64,000 nucleotides of DNA from Epithemia pelagica (lineage: Eukaryota; Protista; Bacillariophyta), in the NCBI GenBank assembly GCA_946965045.2, contig OX337233.1, positions 1,302,001-1,366,000 of the forward strand, written 5' to 3'. The notes under the pieces were generated by a model, which saw only the letters and a program-made list of their open reading frames with translations, was not told the origin of the DNA and searched no databases. This document shows, in pieces, positions 34,028 to 45,208 of the stretch; position 1 is the first letter of the stretch, and every line of letters begins with the position of its first letter. The translations under genes and the position numbers were made by a program.

Positions 34028-37000
34028 CCCTTCTTCTTCCGCTGCTACATTGATCCTGAGGCAGCGGAGAGAGCACAGAACAGTATGAATCCAACGGACC
34101 AAGCAACAGATGAAGAAATGGGCATCCAGAGCCAAATGCGCCAGAAAGCCACCACTGCTATCAAACAAAAGCAGGAATTCCAATACCGATGGTATCAGAA
34201 TAAGGGGCAAAAGAAGATGACTGGCAAAGTCTCCGACAATGCACTCGATTGTAACGCCAAAGCCTTCGACCCCTCGAAGGACTGCATCATGTGCTATACC
34301 AAGCTTAATGGACTGAAACAGCCACACCGAGGCCACCATGTTCTTTACCCTCACAATCGCAAGACGAAAGGGATGAAAAATGACACCACCGTGAAATCTG
34401 AGGAGAACGACAAGAAACTTGCCGCTACCAACGATAAGCCCTTCACAGGGACTTTCTTCAATATTTCAACCGCAGAACCCAACGTACGTGAATATGCCCA
34501 GAAGATGGTCGCTCCCCAGAGGACCAATCATACGAATCTGCACGACGCAGTGCGAGATGCAATGGCCGATCCGGATTTTATTTCTTCTTCTTCAGATAAG
34601 AAAACTGGCGCTCCTCTACCAATTATGGCAGTCGTCCGCCATCTCATGAATCATAGAGACCAACAGTGGTTCACACCCCAGTCTTTGGAGTTCAAGATTC
34701 CGGTGGTCCGTTACGGCCAACCGATAGATCCTCACTACCATTCGGTAGAAGGTCAAACCATCTATTATGTTTGTTGGGAAGATCAATTCCCTGGCTTGGA
34801 GATCCCCTGTCCTCAGTGCAACCAAGGCAAGATGCGTCGCGATAGAACAAATTTCTCGAAGAACAAGAAACTGTTTCCGCTCTTCAAGATGGATGGACCC
34901 CCCTCCTGGGCCATCGTCATGTCCTACAAGTGCTCTCATTGTCAAGCTCGAATGGACGGTAACAGTGCTCGTTTGCTCATGGCTCTTCCAATCCATGTGC
35001 GATCAGCATACCCAGTCGAACCGAAATTCGCTGATAATTTCATGTTGTTTCACATTGATAAGGCTTGCAGTCATGTACTCGAAGAGAACATGCTGACGTA
35101 TGGCAACGGTGACAAATTGTCCCGTTCGATTTATGCGGGGATCACGAAGACTCACTTGTCTTGCTTCACGGAGTTTCTGTCAGAATGGAAGAGTCTCAAG
35201 AATGTCTGTGAAGTATCCATCCCTGTCGCACTGTATCCGGAATTAGCCGGAGAGTACCTCACGACGTTTCCGCCAACGGGCGATTCGCTCCGAGATCTTT
35301 TCGATCGGGCGTCTTGTTCGAAGGCAAACAATTATGGAGTTTCGGACAAACACCGTTGTACGCTGGAGATTCAATCCGTTACTACTTCAAGTATGTTTGC
35401 GCAGGACCACACTATGGAGGCTGCCAAGAATTACAAGAAGTCCATTGGAGTCAAGGCCGTTTAGGATTCTGCCACGGAGACTGGAGAGATTGCCTCCGCT
35501 GTTTGCGTCGAGGATACGAAAACGAAATCGTTCGCCCATGCGGCCGAATGTTTGGCTCGTTGTCATGGATTTCAACCAGTGTCCATGTATAGTGACACTT
35601 GGCCGAACAAGATGAAGTTCTGGAAACTTCTCTTTGGGGATACAGTGGAGGGCCGTCTTGGTCTCTACCATTTTCAGCAACGCATTATCAAGACGCTGCG
35701 TCAGGGACATCGACATTATCACAAGGCTCTGAACGAGCTCTTGGAATGCGTTTATGGATTTGAACCAGAATCTTACAATGCTCTTCTGAAAGCGTTGAAA
35801 GCTGGTCAAATGGGACGGTCTGGCCCTCTTAGCACAGCCGAAATCTTGGAAATGCAGTCGGGACCGGAGTTCCGCCGCAAGTATTCGAAGTTTCTCATGA
35901 AACAGATCAACCCTCCTGATGTTATTGCCCACAACTTGCAGAAGTGGATGGATCAGTACAAGGGTGATGTCGATCCGTCCACTGGTAAGAAGCTCTTCAC
36001 CATGGATACCAAAACGGCTGTTACGGAACAGATGAAGAACGCTGTCCATATCCAAGACTCATTACCGTTGCATGAGAAGTATCGTGTGATAAAACCCACT
36101 CCTTCCACAAAACATGAATGTAATGAATACATTTCCTTGCGTTGTGAGTCCAAGGTGGAACAGTTCCATGACCAATTGGCTCACTTTGCAAATTGTGGCA
36201 TGCGGATGGAACTTTGCGATACATTGAATCTTTTGGGTACGGCGCGGTACAACGTTAAGATTCGCCACAAGATCCGCATGGCTAATGCGTCGACTGTATC
36301 TCGCCCTTGTGTGCCATCTGGATGGAAAAATCATCCCGAATATTTCAACCACAGTGAATTGATTGTGGCGAATGGCTTGGCAGAGTCCATTGGATACCCT
36401 GTCCTGCCTTTTGATTATGCTCGTCCGCTTCCGGAAGACAATGGAGAATGGTTCTTTGCAGAGTATCTCGTTGAACAGGTTGAACAGGAGAATAATTTCC
36501 AGTCCAGTACGTTGTCCGATCGTTGTTATTGTCCGTCATGTGGCGCCGGCTGCTTCACCCTCTCAGTTGTCTTGTCCACTCCCATCTCCAATGGAGTGTG
36601 AGGATGAAATTTATACTATCAGTACCAACCGAATCGAGTTGGACACCTCCGCAGAGATTGCCACCATTGTTCCCACCCAGTCCGAACCAAAGACTCAGGA
36701 CAGTGTCTTTGTCGAACCGTTTTGTGTCGAGGTTGGTTCTGCTCCTCCCACGTTTTCGCAAGCGTTCAACGATACTCCTGCAAAGAAAACTCCGGCGAAG
36801 AAGAATCCTCCCGTCTCAAAACACCGAGTTTCGGATGTTTCTGGCATTCCTTCCTCTGTGAGGATGCCTAATCCGTATAAGGCTAAGTATACACCGCCTG
36901 AGGGTGTCAGGAAGGCTCTTGAAATGGCGGGAACTCGTGAGAGTCCCATTGAAATCGGATCGTTGGCTTCCGGTTCTCCTTGGTCTTGGAGCAGTATTCC

Positions 37001-37389
37001 ACGAACCAAGCGACCCAAGGCCCAGCAGCAAATTTGTTGTCAGGCTTTCTTGGAGTGGGCGAAACGTCCTAATCGTAACGGACGTCCACCCCATCTTCTC
37101 GGTTGTCCTAACCGGAAGTTGTCTCAAGACTCAACATCCTCTGGGTCGACGTAATTGGCGTCGTTCACCCTTGTCCTTAGGTCGAACTGTTTCATTGTTC
37201 GCCTTGTTTCTATATCAACAATACTCGGAAAATTTAATGTCTGATTCAACAGCATCTTTCGTACGTAAACTCAAATAGTTATTGGTTTCATCGTCCGGTT
37301 TTCTTCACACACTTCTTTATTCGTAGAGATACAATGCAACTGTATCTCCAATAACGAATAGAGACCGGGATGTTTTCAATCGCCAATTC

Positions 37390-39108
37390 TTAGCGGCGAG
37401 AATAAGGAGGAGGACCGTGGGAACCATGTGGCCCATGAGATTGGTTGTTACGCTTCTCTTTCTCTGCTTCGCGGTAATAGAGTTTCGTGAGGTACTCTTT
37501 GTGAGGTACGACCACAAAGAGTTTGATACCTGGGGCGACTTCCAGGGATTGACCTGGTTTCAGATAGACTTCCCCCGGGTCCATTACGACTTTCACGGTT
37601 TTGGGTTCGGGAGGAGTGACGGTTTCTTGTTTGGCCGACGCCAACGACGTTGCTTTTTCGGACGAGGGGTTCGATTCCATTTTCTCGTCCTCAGCTTTTT
37701 CTTGCTGGGATGTCTCCGCTTTGGCCTTTTCTTCCGTGGTTTCCGGCATCGCTTCCGGCTTCAAATCAGCAGGTTTTGTCTCTGCCGATTCAGTAGCCTT
37801 TGACTCTGCGTTCGCCTCCGGTTTCGGTTCTGTGGCTGCGGTTTTCGCATCCGTGGCAGGCGGGTTCTCTTCCGTAGTTTTGGAAAGCACATCAGGGGTT
37901 GGTGGGTGTGCTTCTTCCGAAATGTTTGGAGGCGTCGTTGTCTTCTCCTCCTTCTCCGTGGTAGTCTCTGTAGAGGGTGGACTGGGGGTCGTCTGATCGG
38001 TTGGTTCCGTCAGGTCCTTGGTGGGAGGGCTGGTCCCCTGGGCGAGTTTCTTTATCATCTTATCCGAGTAGGATTCGATGCCTTCAATCGCATGTTCGAG
38101 GCGTTTCATCATTTCCTCGTTCTGGCTTGATGCTTCCAATCGCGAGACAGCCTTTTCGAGGCGCTCCACCATGACTTCCTCTTTGTCTTCCTTCTCCTGG
38201 CGACGCTCCACAGTGCCATCGCTGTTGACGATTTGAAGATACTTGAGTTTCAGAAGATTCTTCTGTGTCACGGGTAGCGTGTAGTCTTCCTTGGCGTTGT
38301 AAATCCAGGAACCGCAAACTGCAAATCCCGAAAACTTGGATTCACCCGGGTTGGGGAATACGACGGCGATTGGGGTATATGTGCCGTATGCCAGTAGGCT
38401 GAAGGTGTCGTCCTCACATTTTTGGAGGCAGTACAAAGGTTTCAACAGATGGTTGATCCAGTTGTTTGTCTGCATAACGACCTGTTCCTTCAACCGGTTA
38501 GGGTTGGGATTGCGGATATGCATTTGGACGATGAATGCAAATAAATCGGAGCCTGGACTGCGATAGCCCGGAGGGAACCAAATGTTGTCGTCAATGGCAT
38601 TTGCCAATGCAACGGCGGCGGAAGCCAGCTTGTTGTTCGTGGTGTAAGTCAGACGTTTTACTCCAATACGTTCGTAGAACTTGGCAAGAGCGAGAGCCCT
38701 GCATTCGACGATCGTGTAGTTGTCTTGGAGATCGTCTTCGTCCACCTTGGTGTCATCTGAAAGTGATGCGCTGGACTTTCCTTCGCCGTTGAGGTTCAAC
38801 TCTGGCTTTGCTGCCGTCTTTGTCGCCTTTTGGCTTCCCAACACCTTGACTGAGGAGTTCTCCGAATGAGAATCTCCATATTCGTTTTCTCCCTCATCCT
38901 GGTTGGCCTCCTTCGGTTCGGCCTTTTTCGCTTTCTTCGGGATGGGGTCCAACCAATAGTCTGTTGGTTCTGGTTCCGGTTTCTCCTCGCGTTTTTTGGA
39001 GCGGGATTCGGGTTTTGTTGTGGAAGACTCAGTCGGTGTGCTCGCCTTGGCAGCGGCGACGGTCGGAGTACTCGATGCCGGGGGTCGAGGTTTACGATCG
39101 TGCGCCAT
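37390..39108 (-). CDS. 572-aa hypothetical protein convergent with the transposase (putative transposon accessory gene)
   Basis: ATG-initiated ORF. A globular core (..FAVCGSWIYNAKEDYTLPVTQKNL) is flanked by low-complexity regions. An intron-like GTAAGT..CTAAC..TAG at 39312-39238 suggests additional 5' exons. Confidence 0.7.
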   Translation of the reverse strand: MAHDRKPRPPASSTPTVAAAKASTPTESSTTKPESRSKKREEKPEPEPTDYWLDPIPKKAKKAEPKEANQDEGENEYGDSHSENSSVKVLGSQKATKTAAKPELNLNGEGKSSASLSDDTKVDEDDLQDNYTIVECRALALAKFYERIGVKRLTYTTNNKLASAAVALANAIDDNIWFPPGYRSPGSDLFAFIVQMHIRNPNPNRLKEQVVMQTNNWINHLLKPLYCLQKCEDDTFSLLAYGTYTPIAVVFPNPGESKFSGFAVCGSWIYNAKEDYTLPVTQKNLLKLKYLQIVNSDGTVERRQEKEDKEEVMVERLEKAVSRLEASSQNEEMMKRLEHAIEGIESYSDKMIKKLAQGTSPPTKDLTEPTDQTTPSPPSTETTTEKEEKTTTPPNISEEAHPPTPDVLSKTTEENPPATDAKTAATEPKPEANAESKATESAETKPADLKPEAMPETTEEKAKAETSQQEKAEDEKMESNPSSEKATSLASAKQETVTPPEPKTVKVVMDPGEVYLKPGQSLEVAPGIKLFVVVPHKEYLTKLYYREAEKEKRNNQSHGPHGSHGPPPYSRR

Positions 39109-40047
39109 GGTTAATGGGCAACGGTGACTGTTCTTCGGTGGGGATTATTCGAGACCGCTGTTGTTCACGGCTTCTTTCGATGAGAAAGGGGTGAAGACTT
39201 CTGAAAGGAAGCTTCCCAAAGAAGATGATCGGTTCTTCTAAACAATGCGGTAGAAAGCAATTGAGAGTTAGACGCCGTTCCCTTTCTCGTCATGGTCAAT
39301 TGGGTCACTTACCTTTGAAATGAGCGATGGGGTTGGCGATGTCAGTGATGTTCTCAATCACTTCGTGCTTGACATGGGATGAATGAATGATGCCACGAAA
39401 GGTCTCTGGTGGCAAATTATGAGGGATCGTTGTTGGGTGGTGCAAAAACCCACGCTTTGTGTTCTACTATTTTGTCTACAGTCCATTCGTGACAATTTCC
39501 TGGTAGAAATTTCTCGTAGCCAGATACATACGGAATTCCTACGTAGAAAGTTTGGGCACTTCTCCTTTTGACGCTTCTCTTTCTTGACATCGACGTGACC
39601 TTGACTTTGATCCGACAATGAGTCCATGAACGCGAGGGACAAGAGGAGTACAGTACATATGTTTGCTATGTACTGTTAGTTAGGTAAGGGGAACTCCATC
39701 CTTTTGGAGTGTGACTCAGGCGCATCAAGGTGCACCTAGTCACTGAATCGACGTGTTCCAACTTACTGTCAAAGCTGGACCACTCACACCTCCCGCAGTA
39801 GACTTCCAGTCACGAAGCCGGTAGTCCTCGGACAATGTCCGAGTTGGCACGCGGGGCGAACCTCCGCAAAAGCCATTCGTTCAGCCGACACTTGCCACAG
39901 TGACGGCATCCCGAAACTCCATAACTCCATGCCTCTCTGTCCACCGACAGTAGGCTTGCAAACGACAGAGTGCAAGCACTCTTCCCCCCCCCCCCCCCCC
40001 CCCCTGTCTCGTCCGAACAATTTATTTCTTCTTCAAACTTTTGGGTT

Positions 40048-41589
40048 TCACAATGCGGTTGAATATTGCAACAAGGTTTCCAAGGCTGCAACGACGTCAG
40101 TGTACAAGTCGATCATATCTGCTTGAGCGAATCGTCCCCGTGCTTGTTCCTGAGAGCGCCATCGATTGTTCAAGACAATTACATCTTTGGGTACCCGCTT
40201 GTTACGAGCTTGGGTTGTCGAGCCTCTCCGCAACGATCGTCTGAAGCTGTATGTTCCGAGGGAGTCAAGATCGTTTCCCAAAAGATCCTCCCGCTCCTTT
40301 TGACATTCGACCAAAAGATCATGCAACCACACATCGAGTTGCTGAATAGTGGAGGATCGTTCACTGTTTGGTTTGGGTCGGAACAAAGGTCCCTGAGTCA
40401 CTTGTCTGCGATCATAAGCCCGCAACAATCGCACCAACCACTTGCGATTATGTACCCCCGAGTTCGTCCTTTCTGCCAAGGGGATTTTGTGTTTTTGCCG
40501 CGCGATCATTCCTTTGAATCTTCCTTCAAGGGCAATGAGGACATGAGGTCGAGTCGGATGCATGTGTCCTTGTTTAGTCAATTCACGAGTTTCAAAAAGC
40601 CGGGCATGGCCCAACTCCTCTCCTCTTAAAGCACTGGAGAATCCGATCATCAGGGCGGCACCAGCATTGGCCAATTCGAATACCAACTTCTGATCCTGGT
40701 TCTGTTCTGCGTCCTGATAACGCTGCTCAAGTATTTCTCCGAGAACCAACAACACATCAACAGACATCGCCGCGTCTTGAATTTTTACATCTCCCATTCT
40801 TTCGTGGGACCCGTCCATGAAGCGCTTAAACCAAAGCGTGTTGGATACGCTATCTGTTATCCGCGTTGACTTCCTTCCGTCACTCAGCACCGCTCCCTTC
40901 GAACCCGACGGAGTTGAATGTACAAAATTCGAAAAAGCAGATCTTATTCCCCTCATTGTGTCCCATTGGATGGTTTTTGAGTTCTTGCCTCTGTCTAACG
41001 ACCGTTGTAAAGACACCATCGCTGGGATCATACCAAGTGTATCATCAAGGGGATAAGGTCCTCTTCGATGTCTTGGAGCAGGGGAACCAATTCGTAGCTC
41101 GGCCAGTATACTCATGGCCTTAGCCATTTCACGTGCATTGCCCTGCACTGTGCTGGTACGCCGCGCCCAGAACGCATCCAGATTAGCCCGAATCATGCAT
41201 TTCAAGGACCATGCATCTTGCTCATTTTCAACAACGGGATCTCTCTTGTAGATATTCCGAAAGTGGCATAGCTCACATTGGAACGGCGTCATGAGATGGT
41301 CGCCCGCCCTTGCCGTTGTAAACCATGATTTTAAATCTCCTTTTTCTGCTTCGGTACTTTCCCAGCCTGGTTCCTCGGGGATGTAGTTTCCATGTTCGTC
41401 TTGCTCCATTTGAAGAGGCTGGAGGTCTCTAGGGAACGGATCTACCGTCCCTGGCACCACGTAGCATTGAGGATGATACGCCCCCCGGCATGGTTTCCAG
41501 TGCCCGCGAGCGTACCCAAAATTGGCGCAAATAATCCCTCGCGTGTGCGATAGACTTCCGGTGCATCTGACGCAACACATCTCCTTCAT
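40048..41589 (-). CDS. Tyrosine recombinase of the DIRS-like element
   Basis: Catalytic set: R (ALRGEE), K (GRFKG), RSLRRG in the HxxR position, W (NRW) and Y (DLYT). Cys/His-rich N-terminus. Overlaps the pol 3' end by 161 nt in another frame. Confidence 0.9.
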   Translation of the reverse strand: MKEMCCVRCTGSLSHTRGIICANFGYARGHWKPCRGAYHPQCYVVPGTVDPFPRDLQPLQMEQDEHGNYIPEEPGWESTEAEKGDLKSWFTTARAGDHLMTPFQCELCHFRNIYKRDPVVENEQDAWSLKCMIRANLDAFWARRTSTVQGNAREMAKAMSILAELRIGSPAPRHRRGPYPLDDTLGMIPAMVSLQRSLDRGKNSKTIQWDTMRGIRSAFSNFVHSTPSGSKGAVLSDGRKSTRITDSVSNTLWFKRFMDGSHERMGDVKIQDAAMSVDVLLVLGEILEQRYQDAEQNQDQKLVFELANAGAALMIGFSSALRGEELGHARLFETRELTKQGHMHPTRPHVLIALEGRFKGMIARQKHKIPLAERTNSGVHNRKWLVRLLRAYDRRQVTQGPLFRPKPNSERSSTIQQLDVWLHDLLVECQKEREDLLGNDLDSLGTYSFRRSLRRGSTTQARNKRVPKDVIVLNNRWRSQEQARGRFAQADMIDLYTDVVAALETLLQYSTAL

Positions 41590-44500
41590 GCTTGAGAATG
41601 TCCGAGAATTTAATTCGCCAATGATTTCTGTTTAGCAAAGGGAAGGCGAAAGCGATAGTTAGAGGTTCGTGTTCGATATCTTTAGGCCAGAATTCCTCAC
41701 TGAAAGGGAGCACACAAAACATATCCACCGCCTTGCTCAACATTCTTCTCCATCGTCCACTCAACAAGGATGGTGCAAGAAGCACATGCGTGTTCCAAGG
41801 GCGTACATGCCAAGCCTCCGCCATCAGAAAGACAGCGACGTCGGCCAAACATGGCGGTGGGATCCACACAAAAACTCCATCTTGTTCCTGAGGCACTGCG
41901 AACCAGTCGGCCACATCCAAGATTCTCATCGGATCAATATCGTCCACAACTTGACGCAGAAACTTGGTCAAGAGTCGGGGTTGTCTTTCGGCTGCCGTTT
42001 TGTGAAGAGGAACGAACTCCAACATGTCAGTTCCTCGCATGACCCCATTTGTGAGATCGGAACGTGACAATCCATCGGTTCCTTGGGCGATCATTCTCTT
42101 TCCAGACACCCAAACGACGTGAACAAACGCTTCGCCGATCATAAGGATTTTATGGAGTCTGAACATTAGACGCAACACTTCAGGCGATTTGGCGGTGCCA
42201 CGATAGAATGCAGATTCCGCATGCATGTTATCGGTGAATATGAAGACTTCCGCCAACGAGTTCAATCGTCCCTCTTTCGCCATTTGTTCTATTTTCATTA
42301 CAATATTCGCCAGTTCTCGAAAGTTGGAGGACGATCCCTGCATCTTGTCGGATTCCCAGGATCCAAAATCTACCTCCACCTTTTCATCTCCTGGCGTCCA
42401 ACCAGACATCCCAAACCCGGCGCCGGAAGCATCTCCGAAGAAATACCGTACTTTTGCGCCCTGTTTATCTGGTCTTAAAATTCGCTGTGGGGGTTCAGCT
42501 GACTCGGTAAGTTGCTCTAAGGCTTCGATATCGAATTCCATGCGAGGGACCATTCTCACTCTTTCTGGTGCTTTGTCAGTTGCTTCGATGTTGTCTTCTA
42601 GAGTTTCAGAACCGACCTTCCATCCGTCCTCATCTCGATCAGGCCGCCAACTGTTCATGCTGGCGTACACTCCATTGAGGTAGATTCGGATAACTAAATA
42701 GGCCCTGCCCACATGATTAAGAAACCCCGCAACTTGTTCAAGCGTCTTTCGACTTATCGATCCCCTTGGTTTCGCTTGCGTCCTTTCATCCACTTCCTTG
42801 CGCAAACGAGCTATTTCCTTTTTAGTCTTGTCCCATTTCTCTTGAGACACGGCCATGAACGGCCGTCTAGGTGAAGTTCCACACACTACTCCAGCCCATG
42901 CACCAGGGCTTTGAGTTTGTTCGCGACGCTTGCGCGCTGCGTCTTGTACTCCGTGGTACGATGCAGTTTTCGCTATCTTGGAACTAACCTGCCAAGCATC
43001 CTCAGCTGTCGGTCCCGTTCCTCTTAGATCATCAACATAGTCATGCGCATCAGCTGCTAATTCACCCGTGGATCGGTACTTGGCTATCCACGGTATCCCA
43101 GGCTGATAAGTGCGTGTACCAGGTAGGTTGGTTATCACACGACTCCATCGAAACACGTTTTCAGGATCGTCCGCCTTTCCCAGCATAACGCGTTTCAGTC
43201 GCCGCGTTTGCTGGACAGTGTTGAAGGGGGACGGACTTTGTCCCATCGGACATCTGGCCCATCCTTCAACAAACAATTCTCCCGTCTCGGTTTTCCCATA
43301 TATGGGGGTAAGATCCATGCCACTGAATGATTACAAATCCGGGTGGATCCAAAAATTCAGAAACATCTCCCCATAATCGTTGTCGACGCACCAATACGCA
43401 TCATCCAATGTTCTGGTCAGAACGTCCGCGTCTGGCAGAGGGAACCAAGGAGCATGAAGGCACGAATTCAGTCCGCTCTTGGTTCCGTCGTATACCATTC
43501 GGATGTCTGTCTCACCCTTTGGCACGGCGAAGTAGTTCATTGTGGCTTTCCATTCGCCGGGCCCAACATATTGCTTACTTCTTACATCCTCTATCTTCTC
43601 TTTGATCTTGTTGATGGTTTCTTCGTCGCCTAAACCTTGCTGACGCTCGATCACAGGTCGAGGAATTCCTGTCCAGAGTGGGGGCACTCCAATGGCCAAA
43701 TCTCGAATATATTCTTCCGGCCATCGCCAGAAGAAGACTCCCGAACCCATTGGCCATCCCCAGAACGTCGCTTTCATCGCTTGTTGACAGGCTTGTACTC
43801 CGCGGTTATACACAAGTCGCCACCAGCGAGGTTCATTAACTTTTATTACTGATTCATACTTTAACCACCAATCAAACCATGATCGGCGAACGTTTCGCTT
43901 CCAGCGAATCAGCATTACGGTACGTAATCTTTCGAATGCTCGATGATGCTTGGATTCTAATCTCTCACAACCCAAAAGGAACCTGACTCGATCGTCCCAC
44001 AGTTCGACAGGAACCGCGGCCTTGTCGTGCTTGACCGCTTTCTCCGAAGCTGTATCTGCTGACGAGTCCTTGTTCCGCTTGTAATACTTCATGCGTTCGA
44101 ATGCGGCGTTGCCGTGTTGAACACCAACTTTGGTGGATAACTCGGTAACTGTTGTTGTCGTTTTGCTTCGTTTCGCTTCAACGGTCGAGTTGGTGTTGCC
44201 TGATCTCACATCTTGGATGGGTTCCGATTTTCTCTTCCTGGTTGTGCTCGTCCATTCAGCTAAGCATGTCCCGAGAGCCGCGGCCGCCTTGATTGGCGTG
44301 GTCAATTCTCGGATCATAACTTCCTTTGTGGGTTCATTCCAACCTTTTGAAAGAGTTGCCGGCACGTCCAAACAAGCTACGGCTTCACCTACCGTTAAGG
44401 ACCTTCGAGTGAATGACTTTGGACCATATACTGTCGGCAAAGTCCAGAGCTTCTTACGTTTCTTTCGCACGGCAGCCCAACTGACATGCTTTTGGCTTTG

Positions 44501-45208
44501 AGCCTTTTCTTCTTCTTGCTCATTCCGACTGCGTTTCCCTGTCTTGGTTTTATCTAACAAATCTTGGAAAGAACTTTCTGCTCCTCGCAGAAGATCATCG
44601 ATCCAAAATTCATATGGGGACGAACCGCTTGAATCGATTCGCGTCCAAGCATGCGCCCTACCTTGCCAATCAGTAACACCCCCCAGAGTTCGATGATCCA
44701 ATACTCGACTTGACACCTTCCAACCCTGGGGGGGTTTGCCTCGAGGCAAACGATACGAAAGCACCACTTGCAAGTCGTCGTTCCAGAACGAAGTGTCCGA
44801 TCGCGGCGGGCGAAATGGTCCTTCGAATACCACCACGTGACATCTTGGATACACCGACCAGTCGATGCTGTTGTCTGGCTCGGGTGATCTTGCATCTTCT
44901 TTTTGTTTCATCCAATATATTTCGGTTTGAGAGTCGACCATGTTCTCCCAGTGACTTTGAGTTTTCGGTATCAGGAGCCAACTAAGGGAACAGTTCGACA
45001 AATTGCTCGTGAGTGCCACCCATGCTGGTAAACCCTCTGAGACTACACCCATCTTCAATTCGCCTTCTTTGAGTGTTACAAATCTTCGGAACCAAGAAGA
45101 GTACGATTCAGTTACGGGCGTTGCTATTTCAGATTTTTCTACGGACACTGATTTCGTCTCTTGGTCGATGGCTTCATGTTGGCTGGGTTTTTGCGATGCG
45201 ACAATCAA
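41429..45208 (-). pseudogene. DIRS pol: C5-MTase-like N-domain, RT, DIRS-type RNase H, Dam-like C-domain; one premature TAA (43331-43333)
   Basis: RT: VPKGETDIRMVYD, DYGEMFLNF, PMGQSPSP, YVDD. RNase H: GDASG, SSNFREL, FTDN, GTDGLSR. Dam-like: DWF..VWIPPP..HVLLAP..W. ORFs 43331..45208 and 41429..43318 are in frame; first ATG at 45052. Confidence 0.9.

Larger units (their letters stand above)
25567..37154 (+). pseudogene. DDE-type DNA transposase (DUF6729/MULE-like), interrupted by Copia, with one nonsense codon and one frameshift
   Basis: Removing 25668-34032 restores the frame (..STLDP|FFFRCYIDP..). Candidate catalytic motifs are AQDHT, YSDTWP, RLGLYHFQQR (a (C/D)xxH-like position) and ESKVEQFH. 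In-frame TAG at 35462-35464 (probably TGG); frameshift near 36550-36600. The family name is from recollection and needs an HMM search. Confidence 0.75.

Noticed and set aside
35462-35464. TAG in the transposase (and TAA at 43331-43333 in DIRS pol) as recoding or an alternative genetic code
   Set aside because: These are single transitions inside conserved domains, and host genes in the window use standard stops.
39092-39627. Exact three-exon, 130-aa model upstream of the 572-aa ORF
   Set aside because: Splice signals are plausible, but the product ends out of frame with the main ORF, and a different frame is better conserved against the 24.9-kb homolog, so no model is asserted.
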